Positions 1 through 8,743 are shown, numbered from the stretch's first letter. The stretch: 24,000 bases of DNA from Gilliamella sp. N-G2 (GCF_002142215.1 NZ_NAST01000014.1:25893-49892); one strand, 5' to 3'. Translations and numbers: made by a program. Notes: generated from the letters alone by a model not told the origin.

Positions 1-187
1 ATTAAACCTGGTAGCTGATTCATTGCTCTTGGTGTAAACAACCGCATACTATCTGATCGTCTAGGCCAGACGTCTCCTATACGTTCATCTCTTTCTAATA
101 TAAGAACTGTGATATTTTTTTAGTCAGAAATGATGCTAAACACAGTCCAACTTGTCCAACACCAATAATTACACAGTCATAAGTCAT
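1..187 (-). pseudogene. FAD/NAD(P)-binding oxidoreductase (flavoprotein), 5' part only (runs off the left edge), frame broken in an A7 homopolymer
   Basis: ATG at 187 is preceded by GAGGA (196-200). It translates MTYDCVIIGVGQVGLCLASFLTKK, a GxGxxG Rossmann start, then hits TAG at 95-97. The frame that one extra A in the run at 115-121 would restore reads NITVLILERDERIGDVWPRRSDSMRLFTPRAMNQLPGL. That is the expected beta-strand plus acidic residue, followed by a W..R.DS.RLFTP motif typical of this flavoprotein class. Confidence 0.6.
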
Positions 188-449
188 GAATTATATCCTC
201 TAATAGATATATGTTGGGTGAGCATGCATATATCAATTCAATGGTTATTTAATTGAATAAACTAGCTATATTAAATCTCTCATTCTTTTTTTTAAATGAA
301 AATAATTGTCAAAGAATAAATAACTATTTGAAATATAGAAAGTTAAATAAATGAATAATTTTTTTTTATAAAATGAAGTCAGCTTATTTGTTCAAGACAA
401 TATTACTCACCCATTTATATAATGCCATTAACTTTTCACAATCTAATAA

Positions 450-580
450 CCAAACAAGAGATGGAGTAACACAATGGAAAATAATAAGGAAGTGGCTATG
501 TCTGTGAATTTTTTACTCGGTTGTGGGGTAATTATACTACAGGTCAAACTCTAGTTATTGATGGTGGAATGTCTGCTTAA
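450..580 (+). pseudogene. C-terminal remnant of a short-chain dehydrogenase/reductase (SDR), 5'-truncated and frameshifted
   Basis: One frame reads ..KEVAMSVNFLLGCG and the next frame reads NYTTGQTLVIDGGMSA*. Joined, they give the canonical SDR tail (EVA..V.FL......Y.TGQ.L.VDGG). The frame switch lies in the GGGG run near 524-527. An upstream stop at 447-449 means the other ~200 codons of an SDR are absent. Confidence 0.45.
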
Positions 581-649
581 TGAAACAGCATTTTGTGATG
601 CTGTTCATAGAAGCAATGATTAAAATAAAAGATGTAAATGGAGTGTACG

Positions 650-1825
650 ATGGAAAACAACACCGATGGCCGACAATTCAATGGTTTAACACGATATAAA
701 AAATTGATTATTTTATCTGTTATTTTCCTGGTTTCAGGGATAGGATACTTCATTTTTTGGTACATGTTTACTCGGTTTACAGAATCTACAGATAATGCGT
801 ATGTTATGGGAAATCAAATTCCAATTCATACTCAAATAAGCGGAGGAATCTCCTCCATTTACGTTGATGATAATGACTTTGTGAGAAAAAAAGATGTTAT
901 CGCTCAATTAGAATCAATTGATGCTGAAAATAATTTTAGTTATGCAAAAAATGAATTAGCCAAGGTAATAAGAGAAATTCAACAGATCAAACTGACAACT
1001 GAAAAATTGTCAGCAAGTATTCAATTAAAACAAGCGACATTAGATAAATTAGAAAAAGATTTAGCTCGGAGAGAAGGCCTTTGGTCTCGTAATGCTATTT
1101 CAAAAGAAGAAATAGAGCATGCTAGGCAAGATGTATTAATTGCGTTAAATGACTTAAAAATTTCCAAGCAAGAGTTAGAAATTAATAATGCCCTATTAAT
1201 GCAGAATTCATTATTAGAACAACCACGTATTCAGCAAGCCATTTCTAAACTAAAGGAAGCTTGGCTTAACTTAAAACGAGTAACAATTGTTTCCCCTGTC
1301 ACTGGATATGTTTCGAGGCGCCAAGTCCAAGTTGGAACACAGGTTAATAGAGGAGAACGATTATTAGTTATTGTTCCTTTGGATCAAGTTTGGGTAGAAG
1401 CTAACTTTAAAGAAGTTCAATTAAAACACATTCGAATAGGACAAAAAGTTAAGTTAACTAGTGATTTTTATGGAGATGATATTAAATTCGACGGGGTGAT
1501 TACAGGAATTGCTATGGGTACGGGAAGTGCATTTTCGTTATTACCAGCACAAAATGCAACAGGAAATTGGATTAAAGTAGTTCAGCGTTTACCTGTTCGT
1601 ATTGAATTGAATAAAGAGCAAATTAAGGAATATCCATTACGAGTAGGGTTATCTATGTATGTAACAGTGGATACCAGTGATGTAAGTGGAAAATTACTTA
1701 CTGATATTTCACCTCAAGAAATTAAATATCAAACAGATGTACTTGCTTACGACTTAGATGAATTCGAGCAACTAGTACGAGAAATTATGCAAAATAACTT
1801 AATTTTAGAGAGTAATATTCAGTGA
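650..1825 (+). CDS. emrA: Multidrug efflux membrane-fusion (HlyD-family) protein EmrA
   Basis: Collinear similarity to E. coli EmrA as I recall it (DNAYVMGNQIPIHTQISG, ISPVTGYVSRRQVQVG, GTGSAFSLLPAQNATGNWIKVVQRLPVRIEL), with one N-terminal TM helix. I prefer ATG 650 (GGAG at 640-643, 6-nt spacer) over the track start at 638. The stop overlaps the emrB start (GTGA). Confidence 0.9.
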   Translation: MENNTDGRQFNGLTRYKKLIILSVIFLVSGIGYFIFWYMFTRFTESTDNAYVMGNQIPIHTQISGGISSIYVDDNDFVRKKDVIAQLESIDAENNFSYAKNELAKVIREIQQIKLTTEKLSASIQLKQATLDKLEKDLARREGLWSRNAISKEEIEHARQDVLIALNDLKISKQELEINNALLMQNSLLEQPRIQQAISKLKEAWLNLKRVTIVSPVTGYVSRRQVQVGTQVNRGERLLVIVPLDQVWVEANFKEVQLKHIRIGQKVKLTSDFYGDDIKFDGVITGIAMGTGSAFSLLPAQNATGNWIKVVQRLPVRIELNKEQIKEYPLRVGLSMYVTVDTSDVSGKLLTDISPQEIKYQTDVLAYDLDEFEQLVREIMQNNLILESNIQ

Positions 1826-3363
1826 ATCATAAAATGTCACCATTATATCTATCAGGTGCAAAATTAATTGGGCTTATTGTTGCATTGGCAACAGTGGCCT
1901 TCTTACAAATTTTAGATTTAACAATTGCCAATGTAGCACTCTCTACTATTGCTGGAAACCTAGGAACATCAAGTAGCCAAGCAACATGGGTAATTACATC
2001 ATTTGCCGTATCCAATGCCATTTCAATTCCTTTATCTGGATGGCTAGCTAAGTACTTTGGGGAAGTTAAGTTATTTTTATTTTCAATTTTTTTGTTTGTT
2101 TTAGCCTCTTGGTTATGTGGTGTCTCCAACAGCCTTGAAATGTTAATTATTTCACGAGTACTACAAGGTGCGGTTTCTGGACCAATTATTCCTCTTTCTC
2201 AAAGCTTATTATTAGCTAACTCTCCAGATTCCAAAAAAAATATGTCTTTAGCAATATGGTCGATGACTATTATTATTGCTCCCGTCTGCGGACCTATTTT
2301 GGGTGGATGGATAAGTGACAATTTATTTTGGGGCTGGATTTTTTTACTAAATGTGCCAATTGGTCTAATAGCATGGATAAGTATTAGAATATTATTAAAA
2401 GGACGAGAAACAGAAATAAGTAAATCTCGAATAGATACTATCGGGCTTGCTTTATTAATATTTGGTGTTGGTAGTTTACAGCTTATTTTAGATAGAGGAA
2501 AAGAACTGGATTGGTTTAATTCATCTGAAATTATTATTTTATCTGTGATAGCGTTAGTAACACTTTCTTTTTTTGTTCTTTGGGAAATGACATCGAATCA
2601 TCCTATTGTTGATCTATCTTTATTTAGATCAAGAAATTTTACAGTAGGGACGATTTGCATAAGTTTGGCATTTTTGCTACATATAGGAACATTAGTTATG
2701 CAACCACAGCTATTACAACGAGTTTTTGGTTATACTGCAACGTGGGCAGGATTAGCATTGTCTCCCATCGGTTTAGTTCCTATCGTTCTTGCTCCAATAG
2801 TCGGTCGTTTTGTTCCTTATTTAGATATGAGGAAGCTTGTGACTTTTGGTTTCATTGTTTTTGCTTTGTGCTTTTTTTGGAGAGCTTACTCGTTTGAGCC
2901 TAATATGGATTTTTCGAGTTCTGCATGGCCCCAATTCTTTCAAGGATTTGCGATAGCTTGCTTTGTTATGCCTTTGAATATAATAATTTTAACTGATATA
3001 CCTTCTCACAAGTTAGCGGCTGCAGGAAGTTTATTTAATTTTTTTAGAACATTATCTACTTCCATTGGTACTTCTTTAACAAATTCATTATGGGAACATC
3101 GTGAAGCAATTCATCACAACCAACTAACTGATCTAATGAATCAAAATATACAAACGCTAGAATACACATATCAGCAGTTTCAGTTGCAAGGTTTTTCTGA
3201 AACTCAAGCTTCGGCCAAACTAGCACAAAATATTACTAATCAGGGGCTGGTAATCGCAACCAACGAAATTTTTTGGCTATATGGAATTATTTTTATACTA
3301 TTAATCATAGTTGTTTGGTTTGCAAAATCAACCATTACATCAAAGAATGAAATAGAAAAATAG
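1822..3363 (+). CDS. emrB: DHA2-family MFS multidrug efflux permease EmrB
   Basis: Near full-length similarity to E. coli EmrB (LDLTIANVALSTIAGNLG, WVITSFAVSNAISIPLSGWLAK, GPILGGWISDN, DRGKELDWF, NPIVDLSLFRSRNF). It has about 14 hydrophobic segments. GTG 1822 overlaps the emrA stop by 4 nt; ATG 1834 is an alternative start. Confidence 0.92.
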   Translation: MNHKMSPLYLSGAKLIGLIVALATVAFLQILDLTIANVALSTIAGNLGTSSSQATWVITSFAVSNAISIPLSGWLAKYFGEVKLFLFSIFLFVLASWLCGVSNSLEMLIISRVLQGAVSGPIIPLSQSLLLANSPDSKKNMSLAIWSMTIIIAPVCGPILGGWISDNLFWGWIFLLNVPIGLIAWISIRILLKGRETEISKSRIDTIGLALLIFGVGSLQLILDRGKELDWFNSSEIIILSVIALVTLSFFVLWEMTSNHPIVDLSLFRSRNFTVGTICISLAFLLHIGTLVMQPQLLQRVFGYTATWAGLALSPIGLVPIVLAPIVGRFVPYLDMRKLVTFGFIVFALCFFWRAYSFEPNMDFSSSAWPQFFQGFAIACFVMPLNIIILTDIPSHKLAAAGSLFNFFRTLSTSIGTSLTNSLWEHREAIHHNQLTDLMNQNIQTLEYTYQQFQLQGFSETQASAKLAQNITNQGLVIATNEIFWLYGIIFILLIIVVWFAKSTITSKNEIEK

Positions 3364-3422
3364 TTGGTTAGATAAGTACGTAAGTCATAACAAGATTATA
3401 ATATTTTGAAAAATAAATCGGA

Positions 3423-3950
3423 TTAGCTACATGTAATGTACATGTTTTTTTCTTTGTTTATACCTATGCAAAAAATATCTTCATATGAAAGTGTAATACC
3501 AATTGAGCTAAACGCCTTATATAAACTCTCTTGGGCTGAAAATACTAAAGTAATGTAATGTGTTATGTCCATTATCATGTCACTGGGTGTAGGGCATTTT
3601 AGGATCGTTTGACTTAAATCAATTGCTTTTTGAGTGGACATCATTTTTTCTATATCCACTCCTATGCTTTCAACCTCATTTGAGAGTTTTATTGTAACCG
3701 CAGTTACAAAATTATTAGAGTGAGATATTGAACCTGCTATGTTTTTAGTCCATAAAACAGCTCCGTTGGAACTTTTTAGTCTCCAGTAATATTCTCCATC
3801 ACGCAATAAGTTTTCTAATGCCGTAGCAGAACACACTCTACCAGCTAAGAACTCTATTTTTCTTCTTACTGGAAATTATTGAATATCTTTTTTTAATTTT
3901 AATGGTAAATCATCAAAATTATTAATATTAAAATTATCTACTGAAAATGG
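3423..3950 (-). pseudogene. EntD/Sfp-type 4'-phosphopantetheinyl transferase, disrupted (in-frame TAA, no start codon)
   Basis: PPTase motifs are present: RRKIEFLAGRVCS (EntD-like R..E.LAGR), GSISHS, IGVDIE, FSAQESLYKA. The track ORF starts at an internal GTG (3836). Read upstream in the same frame, it gives PFSVDNFNINNFDDLPLKLKKDIQ-TAA(3876-3878)-FPVRRKIEFLAGR. It is then closed by TAG at 3951-3953 with no ATG/GTG/TTG start. More N-terminal-like sequence (..SQSFSHF) lies in another frame. Confidence 0.7.
3429..3451 (+). terminator. Weak terminator-like hairpin downstream of emrB
   Basis: ACATGTA-atg-TACATGT (7-bp AT-rich stem) runs into a T7 tract about 65 nt after the emrB stop. It overlaps the 3' end of the convergent PPTase remnant. 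The stem is weak, so this is low confidence. Confidence 0.3.
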
Positions 3951-4173
3951 CTAAAAGATTGCGAAATATTTTGAGATCCTATAATAAAGTTTTTGGTGAT
4001 AGGTTTAAAATAGCCAAAAATACGTTTGTATTGTTCTTGATTAACTTTATATATGATGTGTGTTATCCTTTAGTTAGTTTTAGTTAATCGAATTACGTAT
4101 ATATAGTCTTTACATATGGTTTATGTTACTGTTTTTGATGGCAAGGATGTTTATTTAGCAAGGATAAAATATC

Positions 4174-4992
4174 ATGTTAGACAATGATTTGTTAGTTAAA
4201 GTGCACCGACAAAATTTATCTACATTGCTTTTTATAAACAATATCACGACGGATTGGCATCGTCACCCTTCTCTTCAATTGACAATATCATTGCACAATA
4301 TGTCTTTTGAGCTAGAAACACCAGATGAAAAAAAAGAGGTGTTTGGTTTTATTATTCATTCAAATGTTCCCCATAAACTGCGCGCACCAGATGTCTGTTG
4401 TATTAATTTGCTTATTGACCCAGAAGATCCCTATTATCACTTATTATCGCATTTTACTGAAACTAATCCTGTTTATTTTCTTACTAAAGAAGAAGCATTA
4501 AAAATTGCCAGTTATTTTATGAAGTCTGTTACTATTAGCCAACCATTTGAGCTTTATCACGTCTATAAGTTATTATGTGAGTCAGATCCTAGTTGTTCAT
4601 GTGATCAAGATAACCGCATTAATAAAGCAATCTCTATTATTTCATCATTACCCATAAAGCAAATTTCATCGAGGGAAATCGCCGAAAAAATACACCTTTC
4701 TGAAAGTCGCTTTCTTCATCTTTTTCGTTCTGAGTTGGGTATTAATTTCAGGGGTTACCTATTGTGGAAAAGATTGCAGGATGTAATTGATACACTCGAC
4801 TCCCATACAACGCTGACAAAATTAGCCAATGATATGGGATTTTCTGATTCGGCTCATTTTAGCAGAACATGTTTATCTAGTTTGGGGCTGAGACCATCAC
4901 AACTCAAACGAGCTTTAATAATTGATAATAAAGACACTATATGCGGAAAACATTACTGTTTGTACAGCGTATTTCAGGCATTACATACCTAA
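4174..4992 (+). CDS. AraC/XylS-family transcriptional regulator
   Basis: The C-terminus has the double HTH typical of AraC family (ISSREIAEKIHLSESRFLHLFRSELGINFRGYLLWKRL ... LTKLANDMGFSDSAHFSRTCLSSLGLRPSQ). The N-terminal ~150 aa are a ligand/cupin-like domain. AAGGA lies 8 nt upstream of the ATG. Confidence 0.85.
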   Translation: MLDNDLLVKVHRQNLSTLLFINNITTDWHRHPSLQLTISLHNMSFELETPDEKKEVFGFIIHSNVPHKLRAPDVCCINLLIDPEDPYYHLLSHFTETNPVYFLTKEEALKIASYFMKSVTISQPFELYHVYKLLCESDPSCSCDQDNRINKAISIISSLPIKQISSREIAEKIHLSESRFLHLFRSELGINFRGYLLWKRLQDVIDTLDSHTTLTKLANDMGFSDSAHFSRTCLSSLGLRPSQLKRALIIDNKDTICGKHYCLYSVFQALHT

Positions 4993-5650
4993 AATACACT
5001 GTATTATCGTTTATATACTACTAACTGAATATAAGATTCTTCGTTTCAGAAATATTGACCAAAGATTGCATTTGATTAATCGCAATACCATTGAGTTGTA
5101 TCAAGCGTTCGGAAGCACTTATACTTTGATGAATTAAGACTGAGTTAATACTTTGCAGATTAGATAAAACGACTAATTACTCTAATGTAGCAACATTACG
5201 TATGTTTCCTTTTTGATAAGACACTCAAAATTTAGGTTTAACTTTGATTAAAAATAATATTATTTTACTCAAAATAAGTTCTATATTTGAACGTCCAATG
5301 GGATTTTATGGAGATTTTTACCGTGTAAATATTCTTAAGAATCAATATCATATATTTAGTGACAGGTAGCTTTTATTTTTTCTGCGCTTCCGCCATTTAT
5401 TTTTATGGTAGAATCCACTGCAACGTAATAGAATCGACTAAAATCATGATAGTCATGAGGTTGCGTGTTTTTTTATTTCCACTTTTTCATTAATCTTATA
5501 CTCATCCAGAGTAATTCATTTCATCCACGCTTAAAATGTATGCCAAAACGTCCACCGAAAAATACTCTAACTGTCTTGTATTTTTTTATTAAATTGGGTT
5601 ATCTCCCTCTGCATAATTCAACGTATTATAAAAGTTTGGAGTTTGCTGAT

Positions 5651-5681
5651 GTTCCCCTAAATTTTATATTTTAGGGGGAAC
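5651..5681 (-). terminator. Hairpin 45 nt downstream of the malY stop (terminator-like, no clear U tract)
   Basis: GTTCCCCTAAA ... TTTAGGGGGAAC forms an 11-bp stem with one bulged G. It is GC-rich at the base and is the only strong hairpin after malY. No T run follows on either strand. Confidence 0.35.
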
Positions 5682-5725
5682 AATCTTTGATGCATGATTG
5701 TTTATTATATAAAAACAATTTTGTA

Positions 5726-6910
5726 TTATTCTAATGCTTTAATTGCATTGATAATTGCATTTACACCTGTTTCGACCTTACTACGCGGACAACCAATATT
5801 TAATCGTAAAAATTGATTTCCCTCAGGCCCATAGGTATAACCGGGCATAATAGCAACACCTTGTTCATGGATAAGGTTTTCTTGCAATTTTATATCATCG
5901 ATGTTGAGCTTTCTTAAATCAATCCAAGCCAGATAAGTTGAATCAGGTATTGCATAATCTAGTTGTGGAAAAGCATGATTCAATTGTTTGGCGACAAAAT
6001 CTAAATTGTTATAAAGATAGTTTTTTAATTCATGTAGCCAGATATGCCCTTCTTTATAAGCTGCAATGGTGGCAACGAGTGAAAGCACGGCAGGAGAAGA
6101 AACACCATCACAGGCCTTAATTTGATTTAGATAATTTTCTCTGGTTTTTTCGCATTGTATTAAACCATAAGCACCAGTTAAAGCCGGAATATTAAAGCTT
6201 TTCGACGCTGATGATAAAACCGCCCAACTATTTTTTCCATATTGACACCATGGATTATGAGAGCCTTTCCATACCATATCCATATGGATTTCATCACTAA
6301 TAACATTGACGTGGTATTTTTCACATAATGCCGCGATGATCGCTAATTCTTCTTTTGACCAAACTTTACCTGTTGGATTATGAGGATTGCATAACAATAA
6401 AATTTTAACCTCTTTTTTCGCCAGTAATGTTTCAAGGTAGTTCATATCACAATACCAGCTATTATCTCTTTTGATTAAAGGGCAGGCTTCTATTTTACGT
6501 TTGTTACCAATAATTGTTTTATAAAATGCGTCGTAGGCAGGAGTATGAACGACAATACTGTCATTTTGTTGACTCCATAAGTTGATTAATTTTGCAACCA
6601 TATAAATTACGGACGGGCCGTATACAATCATATTGGTATCAATTGTTGCATTAAATTGTGATGAGTACCAATATTTGATTGCATCAAGGTATTCTTCATT
6701 TTGCCAACGACTATAACCAAGTACACCATGGCTAATACGTCGATGTAATGCCTCTTCAATACATGGAGCTATTCTAAAATCCATATCAGAGATGGTAAAA
6801 GGAACTAAGTTAGCGATACCGAAACGGTCTTGCACATAGTCCCATTGTGTGCACCATGTACCTTTACGATCTATCGGGGTGTTAAAATCAAATAAGTTTG
6901 ACAGAGCCAT
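5726..6910 (-). CDS. malY: PLP-dependent cystathionine beta-lyase / maltose-regulon modulator MalY
   Basis: Collinear with E. coli MalY (DRKGTWCTQWDYV, LVPFTISDMDF, HTPAYDAF, NPHNPTGKVW, ISDEIHMDMVW, SASKSFNIPALTGAYG carrying the PLP lysine, RLNIGCPRSK). I prefer ATG 6910 (MALSNLFDF.., AGGA 9 nt upstream). The 22-codon 5' extension in the ORF track has no homology. Confidence 0.92.
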   Translation of the reverse strand: MALSNLFDFNTPIDRKGTWCTQWDYVQDRFGIANLVPFTISDMDFRIAPCIEEALHRRISHGVLGYSRWQNEEYLDAIKYWYSSQFNATIDTNMIVYGPSVIYMVAKLINLWSQQNDSIVVHTPAYDAFYKTIIGNKRKIEACPLIKRDNSWYCDMNYLETLLAKKEVKILLLCNPHNPTGKVWSKEELAIIAALCEKYHVNVISDEIHMDMVWKGSHNPWCQYGKNSWAVLSSASKSFNIPALTGAYGLIQCEKTRENYLNQIKACDGVSSPAVLSLVATIAAYKEGHIWLHELKNYLYNNLDFVAKQLNHAFPQLDYAIPDSTYLAWIDLRKLNIDDIKLQENLIHEQGVAIMPGYTYGPEGNQFLRLNIGCPRSKVETGVNAIINAIKALE

Positions 6911-6939
6911 TATCGTATTCCTGTGTGATCTAAATAATA

Positions 6940-6966
6940 GTAGTGATAAATTGACATTATCACTAC
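6940..6966 (-). other. Intercistronic hairpin between malX and malY
   Basis: Perfect 10-bp inverted repeat GTAGTGATAA / TTATCACTAC with a 7-nt loop. It lies in the 69-nt malX-malY spacer, 30 nt upstream of the malY ATG. Confidence 0.3.
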
Positions 6967-6979
6967 CTAATTTCACTAT

Positions 6980-8560
6980 TTATTGAGTCAAATATTGTTG
7001 CAATTCATCTTTAACTAACTGAACTTGTGGACCTATCACGACTTGCAAGTTATGTTCATTAAGACGAACAACTCCAATGGCTTTATTGGCTTTCAACTTC
7101 TGGTCATCAACAATGTTAATATCTTTAACTGATAAACGCAGCCGAGTAATACAGTTGTCTAAAGAAACGATGTTATCTGCACCGCCTAATGCTTCTAATA
7201 TTTGAGCTGTATTATAACCTGATTTGCTTGTGGTTGTTTGAGCATTGGTATTATTGTCGTTTTTACTTTCTACTTCTCGACCCGGTGTTTTGATATTGAA
7301 GTGTAAAATGAAGAATTTAAACACAAAGAAGTAAACCACAAACCAAACAGCTGCAATAACAGGAACCCAGTACCATTTTGTACTTGTACCATGTAAAATA
7401 CCGAATACGACAAAATCGATAATGTTACCATCAGTATTACCAATGGTAACATCAAGTAACGACATTACCATAAAGCCGATTCCTGTTAATAAAGCATGAA
7501 TCACGTATAAAACTGGGGCAATAAACAGAAACAAAAATTCTAATGGTTCAGTGATACCACCTACAGTACAGGCAACAACACCTGAAATGAGGAGCCCTTT
7601 AATTTTGCTTCTATTCTCAGGTTTAGCACAAACATACATTGCTAATGCGGCGCCAGGTAGTCCGCCTAGGAATGATGGCATTTTTCCTTGGGATAAAAAT
7701 CGCGTTGCACTTTCAGAAAACCCAGTCGTTGTTGGGCATGATAATTGAGCTTGGAAAATGGTTAGTGCGCCACTTACTGTCTCATTACAGACCTCCATAG
7801 TGCCGCCAGCATCAGTAAAACGAATCAACGCAACAAGAATATGATGCAAACCAAAAGGCAATAACAAACGTTCGCCTGTACCAAAAATAAATGGACCAAA
7901 TGCACCAGCACTATTAACAAGATAACCCAAACCACTAATAGCTTTTGCAAAAAAAGGCCACACGATAGGAACAAATAAACCTACGACGCCTAAAGTTAAC
8001 ATGGTAATAATCGGTACAAAACGATTACCACCAAAAAAAGCTAATGCATCGGGTAGACGAATTTTTCTAAAACGTTCATGTAAAAAATATACTATAATTC
8101 CTACTAAAATAGCACCTAAAATACCCGTATTAATGGATTGAATACCAAGTACAGATTGAATGTCGTTGGCTCTTAATATATTAGGATCGTTTTGAGGTAA
8201 AATACCAACTATAGTAAGGTAGAAGTTAATACTTAAGCTTAATACGGTATAACCAACAAAACCTGAAAATGCAGCAACGCCCTTATCTTCTCTAGCGAGC
8301 CCTAAAGGAATGGCAATGGCAAACATTGCAGGAAGAAAGCTAAATGAGAATGATCCTATTTTGCTCATCCAAGTAAAAATAGCAATACATACATGATTAT
8401 CTAAAAAAGGTAATAGTTCTCGAACATCTTGGCTGGCAAGTGAACTCCCTATGCCTAGCATAATTCCAGAAAAAGAAAGTAGAGCGACTGGTAACATAAA
8501 TGTTTTACCAAGGCTTTGAAAAAATTCCCAAAAAGTGACTTTGGTTGCTTTATTCGTCAT
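6980..8560 (-). CDS. malX: PTS maltose/glucose-family EIICB component MalX
   Basis: Very strong collinear similarity to E. coli MalX (VTFWEFFQSLGKTFMLPVALLSF, GERLLLPFGLHHILVALIRFTDAGGT, TIFQAQLSCPTTTGFSESATRFLSQGKMP, ITEPLEFLFLFIAPVLYVIHALLTG). The C-terminal EIIB motif is LDNCITRLRL. Confidence 0.93.
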   Translation of the reverse strand: MTNKATKVTFWEFFQSLGKTFMLPVALLSFSGIMLGIGSSLASQDVRELLPFLDNHVCIAIFTWMSKIGSFSFSFLPAMFAIAIPLGLAREDKGVAAFSGFVGYTVLSLSINFYLTIVGILPQNDPNILRANDIQSVLGIQSINTGILGAILVGIIVYFLHERFRKIRLPDALAFFGGNRFVPIITMLTLGVVGLFVPIVWPFFAKAISGLGYLVNSAGAFGPFIFGTGERLLLPFGLHHILVALIRFTDAGGTMEVCNETVSGALTIFQAQLSCPTTTGFSESATRFLSQGKMPSFLGGLPGAALAMYVCAKPENRSKIKGLLISGVVACTVGGITEPLEFLFLFIAPVLYVIHALLTGIGFMVMSLLDVTIGNTDGNIIDFVVFGILHGTSTKWYWVPVIAAVWFVVYFFVFKFFILHFNIKTPGREVESKNDNNTNAQTTTSKSGYNTAQILEALGGADNIVSLDNCITRLRLSVKDINIVDDQKLKANKAIGVVRLNEHNLQVVIGPQVQLVKDELQQYLTQ

Positions 8561-8615
8561 AATTTTACCTAAAAGTTAATTGATTCCACTTAAATTAACA
8601 TTTTCTTTACATTTA

Positions 8616-8631
8616 GGTAAAACGTTTTATC
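8616..8631. promoter_or_regulatory. Putative MalI (LacI-family) operator
   Basis: GGTAAAACGTTTTATC has a 12-bp perfect palindromic core TAAAACGTTTTA with the central CG typical of LacI/GalR operators. It lies in the divergent malX/malI intergenic region, between the CRP-like site and malX. Confidence 0.6.
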
Positions 8632-8640
8632 AACTATAAA

Positions 8641-8656
8641 TGAGATTTATGTCACA
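8641..8656. promoter_or_regulatory. Putative CRP binding site shared by the divergent malX and malI promoters
   Basis: TGAGA-tttatg-TCACA against the consensus TGTGA-N6-TCACA (9 of 10 core positions), with A/T-rich flanks. It is roughly central in the 183-nt intergenic region. Confidence 0.45.
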
Positions 8657-8743
8657 AAATTAGAAAATATATTTAACTGTAGGAAATTCAACTTAAAATG
8701 ACTAAAATAATCATCAGTTCTGAACTTAAGTGAATTTAATACG

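Noticed and set aside
577-765. 62-aa minus-strand ORF overlapping the emrA start
   Set aside because: It is antisense to a well-supported gene, low-complexity, and has no RBS or homology. It is a shadow ORF. The other internal or antisense track ORFs are rejected on the same grounds: 1827-2129, 2655-2897, 5938-6120, 7270-7455, 7551-7748, 12474-12851, 13620-14102, 18709-18924, 22249-22482 and 22887-23078.
4922-5137. 71-aa plus-strand ORF overlapping the 3' end of the AraC gene
   Set aside because: It overlaps a real gene out of frame and has no RBS or recognisable motifs. It is most likely a chance ORF in AT-rich DNA.
5037-5230. Possible LysR-type HTH remnant on the minus strand (..LVVLSNLQSINSVLIHQSISASERLIQLNGIAI..)
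   Set aside because: It only loosely resembles the LysR N-terminal pattern. The spacing of key residues does not align, it contains stops, and I cannot support it without a profile search.
5409-5437. Direct repeat TAGAATCCAC / TAGAATCGAC and an extended -10-like TGGTAGAAT
   Set aside because: There is no acceptable -35 and no plus-strand gene downstream to transcribe. A short repeat with one mismatch in AT-rich DNA is not significant.
5465-5674. 69-aa plus-strand ORF (MFFYFHFFINLILIQ...)
   Set aside because: It has a GTG start with no RBS, an F/Y/I/L-rich composition typical of translated AT-rich spacer, no homology, and no downstream partner on this strand.
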